Shown: positions 1 through 9,987 of the stretch, one piece after another | Layout: the number at the start of each line of letters is the position of its first letter | Numbering within the stretch: the stretch's first letter is position 1 | DNA from: a virus | Taxonomy: Duplodnaviria > Heunggongvirae > Uroviricota > Caudoviricetes | IMG/VR virus record: IMGVR_UViG_2778261575_000004 | Direction: 5' to 3' (one strand) | DNA: 26,181 nt | Program-made: the position numbers and the translations under genes | Notes under the pieces: generated by a model | What the model was told of the DNA's origin: nothing | The model's input: the letters and a program-made list of their open reading frames with translations, nothing else | The model's database searches: none

Positions 1-1077
<1,077 letters not shown>

Positions 1078-1094
1078 TTACATATTGTTTTCTT

Positions 1095-1114
1095 ATTGTG
1101 ATCAAAAACAACAA
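1095..1114 (-). promoter_or_regulatory. Candidate cAMP-CRP site of the csiD promoter
   Basis: TGTGA-N6-ACAAC (ttgTGTGAtcaaaaACAACaa) about 120 bp upstream of the csiD start codon in a very AT-rich region. csiD is known to be sigmaS- and CRP-dependent; the exact site cannot be verified from sequence alone. Confidence 0.3.
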
Positions 1115-1511
1115 ATTAATAACAAATAATGTGAGGGATAAGAATTGGGTTGAAAGGAAATGAATAATTAAAACAATATATTAAGTGTGCTTATACTCTT
1201 TTTCGAACTGGTGGCATTTGTTTAAATGCTATTTAAACTGCTTTTTCAGAGTTCAACTTACTGAGTTCCGTGTCGACTAATGTGAGTAAGATCAATCGCA
1301 TCCAACCTATGTTACTTGATGGAATCGATAACAATATTAATGAATATACAGATTCCGGGAAGGCTGGCTATGGGGGCAAATTATTCTCTTTCTGGCAACG
1401 GGTAAATAACAGTGACCATTTGTCGAGAAGCTGATACTGAGCTGAGGGATACTGTATATGTCTGGACTGTAATTGGATGAATTCTATTCAGGGCGGGTCA
1501 GGACCAATAAA

Positions 1512-1537
1512 AAAGCCCGCATCAGCGGGCTTTAATG
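1512..1537 (-). terminator. Rho-independent terminator-like hairpin downstream of the tmRNA-like att repeat
   Basis: Stem AGCCCGC / GCGGGCT with 4-nt loop (1514-1531); on the minus strand it is followed by a TTTTTT run. Confidence 0.5.
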
Positions 1538-1640
1538 TCATAGGGAGTCGCGACTCCGTTGCGTATCCTTTTTTGTCTCCTCACCGTCTGGTCGGTGTCC
1601 TGCTGAGACTTATAACTTCCTGTTTTTGTTGGTGTAGTCC

Positions 1641-1686
1641 TTACACCGTCCAATCATGATTGGTGGAGCTGGCGGGAGTTGAACCC
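1641..1686 (-). other. Prophage attachment-site repeat: duplicated 3' end of tmRNA (ssrA), about 46 nt
   Basis: Reverse complement reads ATGTAGGAATTTCGGACGCGGGTTCAACTCCCGCCAGCTCCACCA, the 3'-terminal acceptor/T-arm of enterobacterial tmRNA. Similarity stops abruptly at 1687 and no tmRNA body follows. Lies next to the P2-type integrase. Confidence 0.6.
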
Positions 1687-1798
1687 GCGTCCGAAATTCC
1701 TACATACCATTTTCACTATAACAAAAACATTAACTTGCGTTTAAAATCATCAAGTTAGTATTATCTTATGTTTGTCCGTTTTACTCATTTTTAATGCT

Positions 1799-1818
1799 CT
1801 GTCGCCAATCTGTCGCCA
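1799..1818. repeat. Tandem direct repeat CTGTCGCCA x2 between att core and cargo gene
   Basis: ctgtcgcca at 1799-1807 and again at 1810-1818, about 115 bp from the att core. Possible integrase arm-type or accessory-factor site; not verifiable here. Confidence 0.25.
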
Positions 1819-1820
1819 CA

Positions 1821-2471
1821 TTATCCGCTGCTTGAGTTGAAATCTGTGGGTTTACGGAGATTAGATCTTATGGTTTTTTCAGCGATACGAATAGTCGAAA
1901 ATTTATGCAGGTTCATCAGTGCTATACAAATCCCAAGTGCAAAAAAGTAGCTGGACATTCCTAATCTTTGCATATCAGTAAGTTTATTAATTTTCTCTAA
2001 AATATGTTGGGTTACTAATCCTTCGTATACAAAAGGTATGGAAGTTATAAAACCGCCAATAAAATAGAAAGTTAAGCTTATCAGCTTTATAGATTTTCTA
2101 TATATCCAAAAGCGATATCTTTTTTTTGTCCATTTAAATATTTGTTTTTCACTACTAATAGAAATTAGTTTTTGACACTTGCTATAGTTATCAATGTCAT
2201 TAACTGGATCGTTAACACCTAAAAGAATCTCTCTCTGTTCTGGAGTTAGGTTCTTATCTTTTGTTATTGCAGCAATACCATAATTATATGCAACTTTCTT
2301 GATTTTGGGATCTTCAGTATTCTTATATAGATTGTATGCAAACTCGCTAATGTTTTTGCGCGAGTTGAAAATCTTATCTTTGGGGAAAACCCAGCCGGAT
2401 CTTACCGCGAGCATCTGTATGATCGGGGTAATTATCGCGACAGAATACTTAATTATCTCGTTTATGTTCAT
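1821..2471 (-). CDS. Hypothetical membrane protein, AT-rich cargo gene between att and int
   Basis: 216-aa ORF, visibly much more AT-rich than flanking phage genes. Two strongly hydrophobic segments near the C-terminus (LISLTFYFIGGFITSIPFVY; LGMSSYFFALGICIALMNL) and one near the N-terminus. No recognisable catalytic motif. Confidence 0.55.
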   Translation of the reverse strand: MNINEIIKYSVAIITPIIQMLAVRSGWVFPKDKIFNSRKNISEFAYNLYKNTEDPKIKKVAYNYGIAAITKDKNLTPEQREILLGVNDPVNDIDNYSKCQKLISISSEKQIFKWTKKRYRFWIYRKSIKLISLTFYFIGGFITSIPFVYEGLVTQHILEKINKLTDMQRLGMSSYFFALGICIALMNLHKFSTIRIAEKTIRSNLRKPTDFNSSSG

Positions 2472-2485
2472 GATCCATTGTTTAC

Positions 2486-3502
2486 TTAAATTAAGTTATA
2501 AAGAGGGTTTTTTGTTACTGCATCCTCCAGGTGGTCTGGAGAGAAGTGTGCATAAATCATCGTCATTTTAATATCTGAGTGCCCTAAAATATCACGTAAA
2601 ACGAGTATGTTCCCACCGTTCATCATAAAATGGCTGGCAAATGTATGGCGCAGGACGTGGGTGCATTGGCCTTCCGGTAGTTCAATACCGGCCCGTTTTA
2701 CCGCCCGTTCAAAGGCTTTTCTGCATGGTGTGAATAATTTCCCTCGGTTTTTGGGTAGCTCGTTGTACAGATCCTGAGATATCGGTACGGTACGGTTTTT
2801 TTTACCCTTGGTCTTTGTATAGGTAATCCGGTATTTCGATAGTTGATGGCCCTGCAGGTTTTCAGCTTCACTCCAACGAGCACCGGTTGCTAGGCATATT
2901 TTTGCAATCATTAGCAGACTGGGGCTTTGAGAATCAGCACAGGCATCCAGCAGACGTTTAATTTCCTCCGGGGTTAGGAACGCCAGTTCACCCTCCGTAA
3001 TTTTAAATGTTGGAAGCCCGGCAAGCGGGTTGGGGGCTGACCAGTGGCCCAGCTTTTTCAGTGTACCAAAAACAGATGATAGGTTGCGCTGTTCAAGGTT
3101 TACCGTGCGGGGCTTAACGGGTGACATGAACGAGCCGTCTTCATTTTGGACCTCCCCCTTTAATCTGGCTTCCCGATATTTTGTGAAATCACCTGCTGTC
3201 AGCTCAGAGGCGATGGGATCGCCTAGACCATTACAGATAATTCTAAGTTTCGCCATCAGGCGTTTGGGGTCTGCGAGTGTTTGACCATATAGGGAATACC
3301 ACTGCTCAATCACTTCTGATAATCGCCGCCGATCTTCCTTCTCACCAAGCCATGGCTTTTTGTTTACTTCGTTCATGGTGAAGTTTTCGAATGCTATGGC
3401 TTCGCCTTTCGTGGCAAATTGCTTACGCACGCGCTTGCCATTGCGTCCATTGGGATAGCACTCACACAACCATTTTCCGTTCGGCTGTTTTCTGATGGTC
3501 AT
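2486..3502 (-). CDS. int: Tyrosine integrase, P2/186 Int family
   Basis: 338-aa ORF. N-terminal GRNGKR motif and C-terminal catalytic region (LATGARWSEA...HVLRHTFASHFMMNGGNILVLRDILGHSDIKMTMIYAH) typical of P2-type integrases. Adjacent to the att repeat and to the cI stop codon. Confidence 0.95.
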   Translation of the reverse strand: MTIRKQPNGKWLCECYPNGRNGKRVRKQFATKGEAIAFENFTMNEVNKKPWLGEKEDRRRLSEVIEQWYSLYGQTLADPKRLMAKLRIICNGLGDPIASELTAGDFTKYREARLKGEVQNEDGSFMSPVKPRTVNLEQRNLSSVFGTLKKLGHWSAPNPLAGLPTFKITEGELAFLTPEEIKRLLDACADSQSPSLLMIAKICLATGARWSEAENLQGHQLSKYRITYTKTKGKKNRTVPISQDLYNELPKNRGKLFTPCRKAFERAVKRAGIELPEGQCTHVLRHTFASHFMMNGGNILVLRDILGHSDIKMTMIYAHFSPDHLEDAVTKNPLYNLI

Positions 3503-3503
3503 A

Positions 3504-4136
3504 TCAAAGGCTCTTAATGATTTTCAGTGCACGGCCTACTACCTCAATGTCATCCAGGCCACACTCAAACGATGAATCATCCTGATGCACTACTAATCTG
3601 TTTCCCGGGAGTCGAGTCAATTTAACAATGCTTTTTATCCCGTCGATATCGACTAACCACATACCATTCACTGGTGGTGTTTGGTTGCGATCTATTAAAT
3701 AAGAATCACCAGAAGTAGTCACCAGCAGTAGGTTGCTTGAGTCTGAGGGGAGTATGCTGCTATCAATGATTGCTTTTCCAGCATCGACCAATAAACCACC
3801 GTTGAGAGTCGCCTTGTCAATTTCAGGAGATACTAGTTCAGAAAGAGGTACAACCTTGCTGGAGTTCACGGAATTGATATTTTTTTTGGGTTCAATGTTT
3901 GGACCTGGCTCCCCCTGTCCGGTGGTTAGCCACAGTAAAGAAACTCCTGTTTCCAAGGCGCACTGAATCACCCACTCTGCAGGAAAACTATCTCTTAAGT
4001 ATCTGTTTGCCATGGTGCTTTTTGATGCGCCTAAGTGATCGCAAAGTTGCTGTCTGGACTTGAAATCATAGGCTGCCATTAGTCTATGGATAGCTTCTCT
4101 TCCCCCTGTATTCTCTCCAGCCTTTACCTGTATCAT
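3504..4136 (-). CDS. cI: CI-type immunity repressor (186 CI-like, N-terminal HTH)
   Basis: 210-aa ORF immediately upstream of int on the same strand (stop at 3504, int start at 3502). Position and divergent arrangement with the apl/cII operon match the 186 lysogenic operon. Confidence 0.8.
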   Translation of the reverse strand: MIQVKAGENTGGREAIHRLMAAYDFKSRQQLCDHLGASKSTMANRYLRDSFPAEWVIQCALETGVSLLWLTTGQGEPGPNIEPKKNINSVNSSKVVPLSELVSPEIDKATLNGGLLVDAGKAIIDSSILPSDSSNLLLVTTSGDSYLIDRNQTPPVNGMWLVDIDGIKSIVKLTRLPGNRLVVHQDDSSFECGLDDIEVVGRALKIIKSL

Positions 4137-4148
4137 TTTTTAATCCTG

Positions 4149-4177
4149 TTGACGTATCAAATATTGGATCGTAGTAT
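4149..4177 (+). promoter_or_regulatory. Candidate rightward early lytic promoter (pR-like)
   Basis: TTGACG (4149-4154), 17-bp spacer, TAGTAT (4172-4177), about 80 bp upstream of the apl start; overlapped by the operator-like repeats. Confidence 0.5.
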
Positions 4178-4200
4178 CTCGATGTATCAAATATTGAATC
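4154..4200. repeat. Operator-like 17-bp direct repeats in the cI-apl intergenic region
   Basis: GTATCAAATATTGGATC (4154-4170) and GTATCAAATATTGAATC (4184-4200), one mismatch, each with internal near-dyad symmetry; straddle the candidate -10 element. Confidence 0.45.
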
Positions 4201-4255
4201 AATTAAAACGAGATAAAACGACGTAAACCAAACCTTAATCGGGAGATACTGCACT

Positions 4256-4498
4256 ATGAGCACTGATATTTCAATTCGTGTACCAAAAGAGATGGCTACG
4301 CCTGCAGAGTTCGCGGAATGGGAAGGTATCTCCCGCGGCTCCGTGTATCAAAAAATTCACCATGGTCAGCTTGCTAAATACATGGTCAAGAAAGAAAAAA
4401 ATAAAGGCCGCGTAAACCTTCGTTATCTGATGTACAAAACTGATCAGGTCCGTGAATCCCTCGGTCATTCCAACTTCCGCGTCATTGTTGGTAAGTAA
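4256..4498 (+). CDS. apl: Apl/Cox-like small HTH excisionase and lytic regulator
   Basis: 80-aa ORF, first gene of the rightward operon opposite cI; size and position match 186 Apl. Confidence 0.7.
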   Translation: MSTDISIRVPKEMATPAEFAEWEGISRGSVYQKIHHGQLAKYMVKKEKNKGRVNLRYLMYKTDQVRESLGHSNFRVIVGK

Positions 4499-4530
4499 GT
4501 TCAATTATGGGAACTTTCTAAGGGGGCACC

Positions 4531-5040
4531 ATGTTTGATTACAAGATTTCCAAACATCCGCATTTCGATGAAGCCTGTAGGGCTTTTGCACTGCGTCACA
4601 ACCTGGTGCAACTGGCAGAACGTGCAGGCATGAATGTACAGATTCTGCGGAACAAGCTGAACCCAGCTCAGCCTCATTTATTAACCGCACCAGAAATCTG
4701 GCTGCTTACCGATCTGACTGAAGATTCAACGCTGGTAGATGGTTTTCTGGCACAGATTCATTGTCTGCCATGTGTACCGATTAATGAGGTGGCAAAAGAG
4801 AAACTGCCACATTACGTCATGAGTGCAACCGCAGAGATCGGGCGTGTTGCTGCAGGTGCGGTATCTGGCGATGTAAAAACCTGTGCCGGTCGTCGTGATG
4901 CTATCAGCAGCATTAACTCTGTAACACGACTGATGGCGCTGGCGGCTGTTTCATTGCAGGCCCGTTTACAGGCTAATCCTGCGATGGCGAGTGCAGTTGA
5001 TACCGTGACTGGCCTCGGTGCTTCATTCGGTTTGCTGTGA
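4531..5040 (+). CDS. cII: CII-like lysogeny establishment regulator
   Basis: 169-aa ORF with strong RBS (AAGGGGG), second gene of the early operon; size and position match 186 CII. Confidence 0.65.
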   Translation: MFDYKISKHPHFDEACRAFALRHNLVQLAERAGMNVQILRNKLNPAQPHLLTAPEIWLLTDLTEDSTLVDGFLAQIHCLPCVPINEVAKEKLPHYVMSATAEIGRVAAGAVSGDVKTCAGRRDAISSINSVTRLMALAAVSLQARLQANPAMASAVDTVTGLGASFGLL

Positions 5041-5047
5041 GGTGCTT

Positions 5048-5344
5048 ATGCTGACGAAAGAACCATCATTTGCATCGCTGCTGGTAAAACAAAGCCCGGC
5101 AATGCACTACGGTCACGGCTGGATCATGGGTGAGGATGGTAAACGCTGGCATCCGTGCCGTTCACAAGATGAATTGCTGTCTGAATTGACCACGGGGAAA
5201 CGGAGAAAGTCAAAATGTATGCAGCGGAAAGTGAAGTGGTTTATCAGTTTCGTTACAGAGGGGAGAGTTATTCAGTACCTGAAGATGATTTGCTCTGTTG
5301 TTATCCGTCGTTGTCGGGCGATGGCAGTTACTTTTTCACGCTAA
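5048..5344 (+). CDS. Hypothetical early protein (Fil-like position); 3' end uncertain
   Basis: ORF starting at ATG 5048 after GAGGTG. Its last ~130 nt overlap, in another frame, the better-supported ORF starting at 5215, so the true C-terminus or the reading frame is uncertain. Confidence 0.35.
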   Translation: MLTKEPSFASLLVKQSPAMHYGHGWIMGEDGKRWHPCRSQDELLSELTTGKRRKSKCMQRKVKWFISFVTEGRVIQYLKMICSVVIRRCRAMAVTFSR

Positions 5345-5439
5345 AGGATGGGACGTTTTTACGGGGAGAGCAGGTTAAAGAAACGATACGAAAAAATGTA
5401 TCTCCTCTCGAACGTTACCGTAAGAACAAAGAACAATAG
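5215..5439 (+). CDS. Hypothetical small early protein
   Basis: 74-aa ORF with good RBS (ACGGAGAAAGTCAAAATG) in the early operon. Confidence 0.5.
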   Translation: MYAAESEVVYQFRYRGESYSVPEDDLLCCYPSLSGDGSYFFTLKDGTFLRGEQVKETIRKNVSPLERYRKNKEQ

Positions 5440-5461
5440 TTGCGTTTTGGGGATATGAATT

Positions 5462-5803
5462 ATGGCAATTAATGGCGCTGCAGCGACTGTTCCATTAAGC
5501 CCCGGTGAACGCCTGAATGGACTTAATCATATTGCGGAGTTAAGGGCGAAAGTATTTGGCCTTAATATTGAGTCAGAGCTTGAGCGGTTTATTAAAGATA
5601 TGCGTGATCCACGGGATATCAATAATGAACAAAATAAACGGGCACTGGCTGCCATATTCTTTATGGCAAAAATTCCAGCTGAACGTCATAGCATCAGCAT
5701 TAATGAGCTGACCACTGACGAAAAGCGGGAGTTGATTAAAGCAATGAATCATTTTCGTGCAGTGGTGAGCTTATTTCCCAGACGGCTAACCATGCCGAAT
5801 TAA
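5462..5803 (+). CDS. Hypothetical early protein
   Basis: 113-aa ORF in operon context. Confidence 0.55.
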   Translation: MAINGAAATVPLSPGERLNGLNHIAELRAKVFGLNIESELERFIKDMRDPRDINNEQNKRALAAIFFMAKIPAERHSISINELTTDEKRELIKAMNHFRAVVSLFPRRLTMPN

Positions 5804-5870
5804 CCAACTAATGAAATTAATGGCGTAAACCCGCCGGGCATCCCTTTATCTAAATTCAGGAGAATTGATT

Positions 5871-6104
5871 ATGCGTAATATTGAAACCCTCTCGACTAAA
5901 ACCGGACCGGATGACGCAGGGCTTAATATTTTACTGACAGAGGCTCGTCTGGAAGAACGCCGGGCAAGGGCTGAAGCAATGGCAGCTCGCCTTGATAGCC
6001 TGGCGTGTCATATCACATCCCGCCAGCTAAACCACGTCGAAGCGGCAGAACTGCTGCGTGTAACTGCTGAAGCAATCCAGAACGAAGCGCAGGAGATCCA
6101 CTAA
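5871..6104 (+). CDS. Hypothetical small early protein
   Basis: ATG at 5871 preceded by CAGGAG at 8-nt spacing (the ORF track begins at an in-frame TTG at 5865); stop overlaps the start of the next gene. Confidence 0.55.
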   Translation: MRNIETLSTKTGPDDAGLNILLTEARLEERRARAEAMAARLDSLACHITSRQLNHVEAAELLRVTAEAIQNEAQEIH

Positions 6105-6331
6105 TGGCTGATGCAATGGATCTCGTACAGCAGCGCGTTGAAGAAGAACGCCAGCGCCATATTCGTGCTGCCCGTGCCAAAACACCGGGCGTGTCTCGCG
6201 TGCTTTGTATTGAATGTGAAGCGCCAATTCCGCCAGCACGACGCCGCGCCATTCCGGGAGTGCAGCTTTGCATTACCTGCCAGGAAATCGTAGAGCTGAA
6301 AGGCAAACATTACAACGGAGGTGCTGTATGA
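6104..6331 (+). CDS. TraR/DksA-family C4 zinc-finger protein (P2 orf82-like)
   Basis: 75 aa with CIECEAP-x17-CITCQ (CxxC-N17-CxxC), the TraR/DksA zinc-finger arrangement; located in the early operon before A. Confidence 0.8.
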   Translation: MADAMDLVQQRVEEERQRHIRAARAKTPGVSRVLCIECEAPIPPARRRAIPGVQLCITCQEIVELKGKHYNGGAV

Positions 6332-6630
6332 CAGGGGCTGTGCGTATCCATCAATTAAAAATTGCACCTAAGTATTTCAATGCTGTGGTTGCAGGTCAAA
6401 AGACGGTTGAACTTCGTAAAGACGATCGTGGCTATAAAGTTGGTGATGTTCTTTCTCTTTGCGAATGGAAGCATGGCGTATTTACGGGTAGGGAATGGGC
6501 CGCGGTTATCTCTCATGTGCTTCCGGTTAATGACGTCATGGCAGTTTCAGAACAATGGGTGATGCTATCAATTCGCTCATTAACCCCATTAGAAGCTTTA
6601 GGATATGTTATTGCAGGAGGTGCTGTATGA
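6328..6630 (+). CDS. ASCH/PUA-like DUF3850-family protein
   Basis: 100-aa ORF from ATG 6328 (RBS GGAGG); N-terminal [34 protein letters not shown] matches my recollection of the DUF3850 signature; translationally coupled (ATGA overlaps) on both sides. Confidence 0.65.
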   Translation: MTGAVRIHQLKIAPKYFNAVVAGQKTVELRKDDRGYKVGDVLSLCEWKHGVFTGREWAAVISHVLPVNDVMAVSEQWVMLSIRSLTPLEALGYVIAGGAV

Positions 6631-7484
6631 GCACCATCCTGAAATGGGCGGGAAATAAAACCGCAATTATGTCTGAACTGAAAAAACACCTTCCTGCTGG
6701 CCCGCGACTGGTTGAACCTTTCGCGGGTTCCTGTGCTGTGATGATGGAGACGGATTATCCAAGCTATCTGGTTGCGGATATTAATCCTGATTTAATCAAC
6801 CTCTATAAAAAGGTTGCCGCTGATTGTGAATCGTTTATATCTCGCGCCAGAGTTTTATTTAAGGAAGCAAACAGGGAGGTGGCTTATTACAACATAAGGC
6901 AGGAGTTTAATTACTCAAATGAAATTACTGATTTCATGAAAGCGGTATATTTCCTGTATCTCAATCGTCACGGTTACCGTGGTTTATGTCGCTATAACAA
7001 GAGCGGGCATTTCAACATTCCCTACGGTAATTATAAAAATCCGTATTTCCCAGAAAAAGAAATTCGCGCATTTGCAGAAAAAGCCCAGCGGGCAACGTTT
7101 ATCTGCGCCAGCTTTGATGAAACGCTGGCGATGTTGAAGGCGGGGGATGTGGTGTATTGCGATCCGCCGTATGACGGCACGTTTTCCGGTTATCACACTG
7201 ACGGCTTCACTGAAGATGACCAGTATCACCTGGCATCCGTTCTTGAACATCGGTCATCAGAAGGACATCCGGTCATTGTTTCTAACAGTGACACATCCCT
7301 GATCCGTTCGCTGTATCGCAATTTTACTCACCACTACATCAAGGCAAAACGCAGCATCGGTGTGGCAGCTGGCGAGGGTAAATCAGCAACAGAAATCATT
7401 GCTGTTTCCGGGCCGCGCTGCTGGGTGGGATTTGATTATTCGCGTGGCGTGGATAGTTCTGCCGTGTACGGAGTACGTGCATGA
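6627..7484 (+). CDS. dam: DNA adenine methyltransferase (Dam-type, GATC-class N6-adenine MTase)
   Basis: Start ATG 6627 after AGGAGG. N-terminal KWAGNK and FAGSCAV motifs (AdoMet binding) and a DPPY catalytic motif (VYCDPPY). Confidence 0.9.
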   Translation: MSTILKWAGNKTAIMSELKKHLPAGPRLVEPFAGSCAVMMETDYPSYLVADINPDLINLYKKVAADCESFISRARVLFKEANREVAYYNIRQEFNYSNEITDFMKAVYFLYLNRHGYRGLCRYNKSGHFNIPYGNYKNPYFPEKEIRAFAEKAQRATFICASFDETLAMLKAGDVVYCDPPYDGTFSGYHTDGFTEDDQYHLASVLEHRSSEGHPVIVSNSDTSLIRSLYRNFTHHYIKAKRSIGVAAGEGKSATEIIAVSGPRCWVGFDYSRGVDSSAVYGVRA

Positions 7485-9895
7485 GTCATGCCGATATGAA
7501 CAACTGCTGCGGCTTTAACGAAGCTGCCGCATCGTTCTCATGGAACAGCCCGAAAAAGGCCATTAACCCTTATCTGGACCCGGCGGAAGTTGCGCCGGTT
7601 TCTACGCTTTCAAACCTGATCACTCTGTACGCTGCCGATAACGAGCAGGAACAGCTGCGCCGTGAGGCGCTGAGTGATCAGGTCTGGGAGCGTTATTTCT
7701 TTAATGAATCCCGTGATCCTGTCCAGCGCGAAATGGAGCAGGATAAGCTCATTAGTCGGGCAAAGCTGGCGCATGAGCAGCAGCGTTTTAACCCGGACAT
7801 GGTCATTCTGGCAGACGTCAGCGCCCAGCCCTCCCATATCAGCAAGCCGCTGATGCAACGTATTGAATACTTCAGCAGCCTTGGCAGGCCAAAGGCTTAT
7901 TCCCGCTATTTGCGTGAGACGATTAAGCCATGTCTGGAACGGCTGGAGCATGTACGCGACAGTCAGCTATCCACATCTTTTCGCTTTATGGCAAGCCATG
8001 AAGGGCTGGACGGCCTGCTGATTCTGCCTGAAATGAGTCAGGATCAGGTGAAACGCCTGTCCACCCTTGTTGCTGCGCATATGAGCATGTGCCTTGATGC
8101 AGCTTGTGGCGATTTGTATGCCACCGATGACGTTAAGCCAGAAGAAATCCGCAAGACATGGGAAAAGGTGGCAGCAGAAACCCTGCGACTGGATGTCATA
8201 CCGCCTGCGTTTGAGCAACTCCGCCGGAAAAGAAACCGCCGTAAACCCGTGCCATATGAACTCATTCCGGGTTCGCTGGCGCGTATGTTGTGCGCCGATT
8301 GGTGGTACCGGAAATTATGGAAGATGCGTTGCGAATGGCGGGAAGAGCAGTTGCGTGCTGTTTGCCTGGTCAGCAAAAAAGCATCTCCCTATGTCAGCTA
8401 TGAAGCCGTGATGCATAAACGTGAGCAGCGCCGTAAGTCGCTGGAGTTTTTCCGTTCTCATGAACTGGTGAACGAAGACGGCGACACGCTGGACATGGAG
8501 GATGTGGTAAACGCCAGCAGCAGCAACCCTGCGCATCGCCGCAATGAGATGATGGCCTGTGTTAAAGGTCTGGAGCTTATCGCGGAAATGCGCGGTGACT
8601 GCGCCGTTTTCTACACCATCACCTGTCCGTCACGTTTCCATTCCACGCTAAATAACGGCAGGCCCAACCCGACCTGGACAAATACGACGGTAAGACAAAG
8701 CAGTGATTATCTGGTCGGCATGTTTGCTGCATTTCGTAAGGCGATGCACAAAGCCGGATTGCGCTGGTATGGCGTGCGGGTGGCTGAGCCGCATCATGAC
8801 GGTACAGTTCACTGGCACCTGTTGTGTTTTATGCGCAAAAAAGATCGCCGCACCATTACTGCTTTGTTGCGTAAGTTTGCCATTCGTGAAGACCGCGAGG
8901 AGCTGGGTAATAACACGGGACCACGCTTTAAGTCTGAGCTGATAAACCCGCGCAAAGGTACGCCAACAAGCTACATCGCGAAATACATCAGTAAGAACAT
9001 TGACGGGCGTGGTCTGGCTGGCGAGATCAGCAAGGAAACGGGTAAATCCCTGCGTGATAACGCTGAATACGTTAATGCCTGGGCGTCTCTGCATCGTGTT
9101 CAGCAATTCCGCTTCTTTGGCATTCCGGGGCGTCAGGCTTACCGTGAACTGCGATTGCTGGCTGGTCAGGCGGCAAGGCAACAGGGGGACAAAAAAGCAG
9201 GTGCGCCGGTACTGGATAACCCGCGCCTTGATGCAATCCTGGCTGCTGCTGATGCTGGTTGTTTTGCCACCTACATCATGAAGCAGGGCGGCGTACTGGT
9301 TCCCCGCAAATATCACCTCATCAGAACTGCTTATGAAATCAACGAAGAACCGACCGCATATGGCGATCACGGTATTCGTATTTATGGCATCTGGTCACCC
9401 ATTGCAGAGGGCAAGATCTGCACTCATGCGGTGAAGTGGAAAATGGTTCGTAAGGCCGTTGACGTTCAGGAGGCGGCAGCCGACCAGGGCGCTTGCGCCC
9501 CTTGGACTCGTGGCAATAACTGTCCCCTTGCTGAAAATTTGCACCAACAAGGGAAAGACAAATCAACTGATGGGGATACCAGAACGGATATCACCCGTAT
9601 GAATGACAAGGAGTTGCACGATTACCTGCACAGTATGAGCAAAAAAGAGCGCCGGGAACTGACAGCAAGATTACGCCTGGTGAAACCGAAACGGCGTAAA
9701 GACTACAAACAGCGAATTACAGAGTATCAGCGTCAGCAGCTTGTCTATGAACTGAAGTCCAGAGGATTTGATGGCAGCGAGAAAGAAGTCGATTTGCTCC
9801 TTCGCGGTGGCAGTATTCCATCAGGAGCAGGCCTGCGTATCTTCTATCGGAACCAGCGTCTGAAGGAAGATGATAAGTGGCGGAACCTGTATTAA
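7481..9895 (+). CDS. A: Replication initiation endonuclease, P2 gpA family (rolling-circle initiator)
   Basis: 804-aa ORF, ATGA-coupled to dam; contains the HxH metal-binding motif (TVHWHLLCF) and the conserved tyrosine-containing region ([14 protein letters not shown]) typical of gpA-type nickases. Confidence 0.9.
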   Translation: MSHADMNNCCGFNEAAASFSWNSPKKAINPYLDPAEVAPVSTLSNLITLYAADNEQEQLRREALSDQVWERYFFNESRDPVQREMEQDKLISRAKLAHEQQRFNPDMVILADVSAQPSHISKPLMQRIEYFSSLGRPKAYSRYLRETIKPCLERLEHVRDSQLSTSFRFMASHEGLDGLLILPEMSQDQVKRLSTLVAAHMSMCLDAACGDLYATDDVKPEEIRKTWEKVAAETLRLDVIPPAFEQLRRKRNRRKPVPYELIPGSLARMLCADWWYRKLWKMRCEWREEQLRAVCLVSKKASPYVSYEAVMHKREQRRKSLEFFRSHELVNEDGDTLDMEDVVNASSSNPAHRRNEMMACVKGLELIAEMRGDCAVFYTITCPSRFHSTLNNGRPNPTWTNTTVRQSSDYLVGMFAAFRKAMHKAGLRWYGVRVAEPHHDGTVHWHLLCFMRKKDRRTITALLRKFAIREDREELGNNTGPRFKSELINPRKGTPTSYIAKYISKNIDGRGLAGEISKETGKSLRDNAEYVNAWASLHRVQQFRFFGIPGRQAYRELRLLAGQAARQQGDKKAGAPVLDNPRLDAILAAADAGCFATYIMKQGGVLVPRKYHLIRTAYEINEEPTAYGDHGIRIYGIWSPIAEGKICTHAVKWKMVRKAVDVQEAAADQGACAPWTRGNNCPLAENLHQQGKDKSTDGDTRTDITRMNDKELHDYLHSMSKKERRELTARLRLVKPKRRKDYKQRITEYQRQQLVYELKSRGFDGSEKEVDLLLRGGSIPSGAGLRIFYRNQRLKEDDKWRNLY

Positions 9896-9987
9896 TTACG
9901 CGGGTTAACAATTCGTGCTCTTAATAATACCAGGCATATCAGGCTGATGAACGTAAAAAAACGTTTTACATCAGTAATATTATTATA

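Noticed and set aside
1477-1659. 60-aa ORF on the plus strand spanning the terminator hairpin and the tmRNA-like repeat
   Set aside because: It runs through a structured non-coding region and the att repeat, has no RBS and is low-complexity; most likely a chance ORF.
1641-2003. Possibility of a complete tmRNA (ssrA) gene
   Set aside because: Only the 3'-terminal ~46 nt match; the upstream sequence does not resemble the conserved tmRNA body and is occupied by the 3' end of an AT-rich protein-coding ORF.
6104-6331. Whether the small zinc-finger protein is the late activator Ogr/B
   Set aside because: Its CxxC-N17-CxxC spacing and sequence are DksA/TraR-type and it lies in the early operon; the Ogr/B gene is expected near the other prophage end, outside the window.
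6013-6367. Three overlapping minus-strand ORFs (70-97 aa) antisense to the TraR-like and neighbouring early genes
   Set aside because: They are antisense to tightly coupled plus-strand genes with clear motifs and RBSs; Arg/Ala-rich shadow ORFs typical of GC-rich antisense frames.
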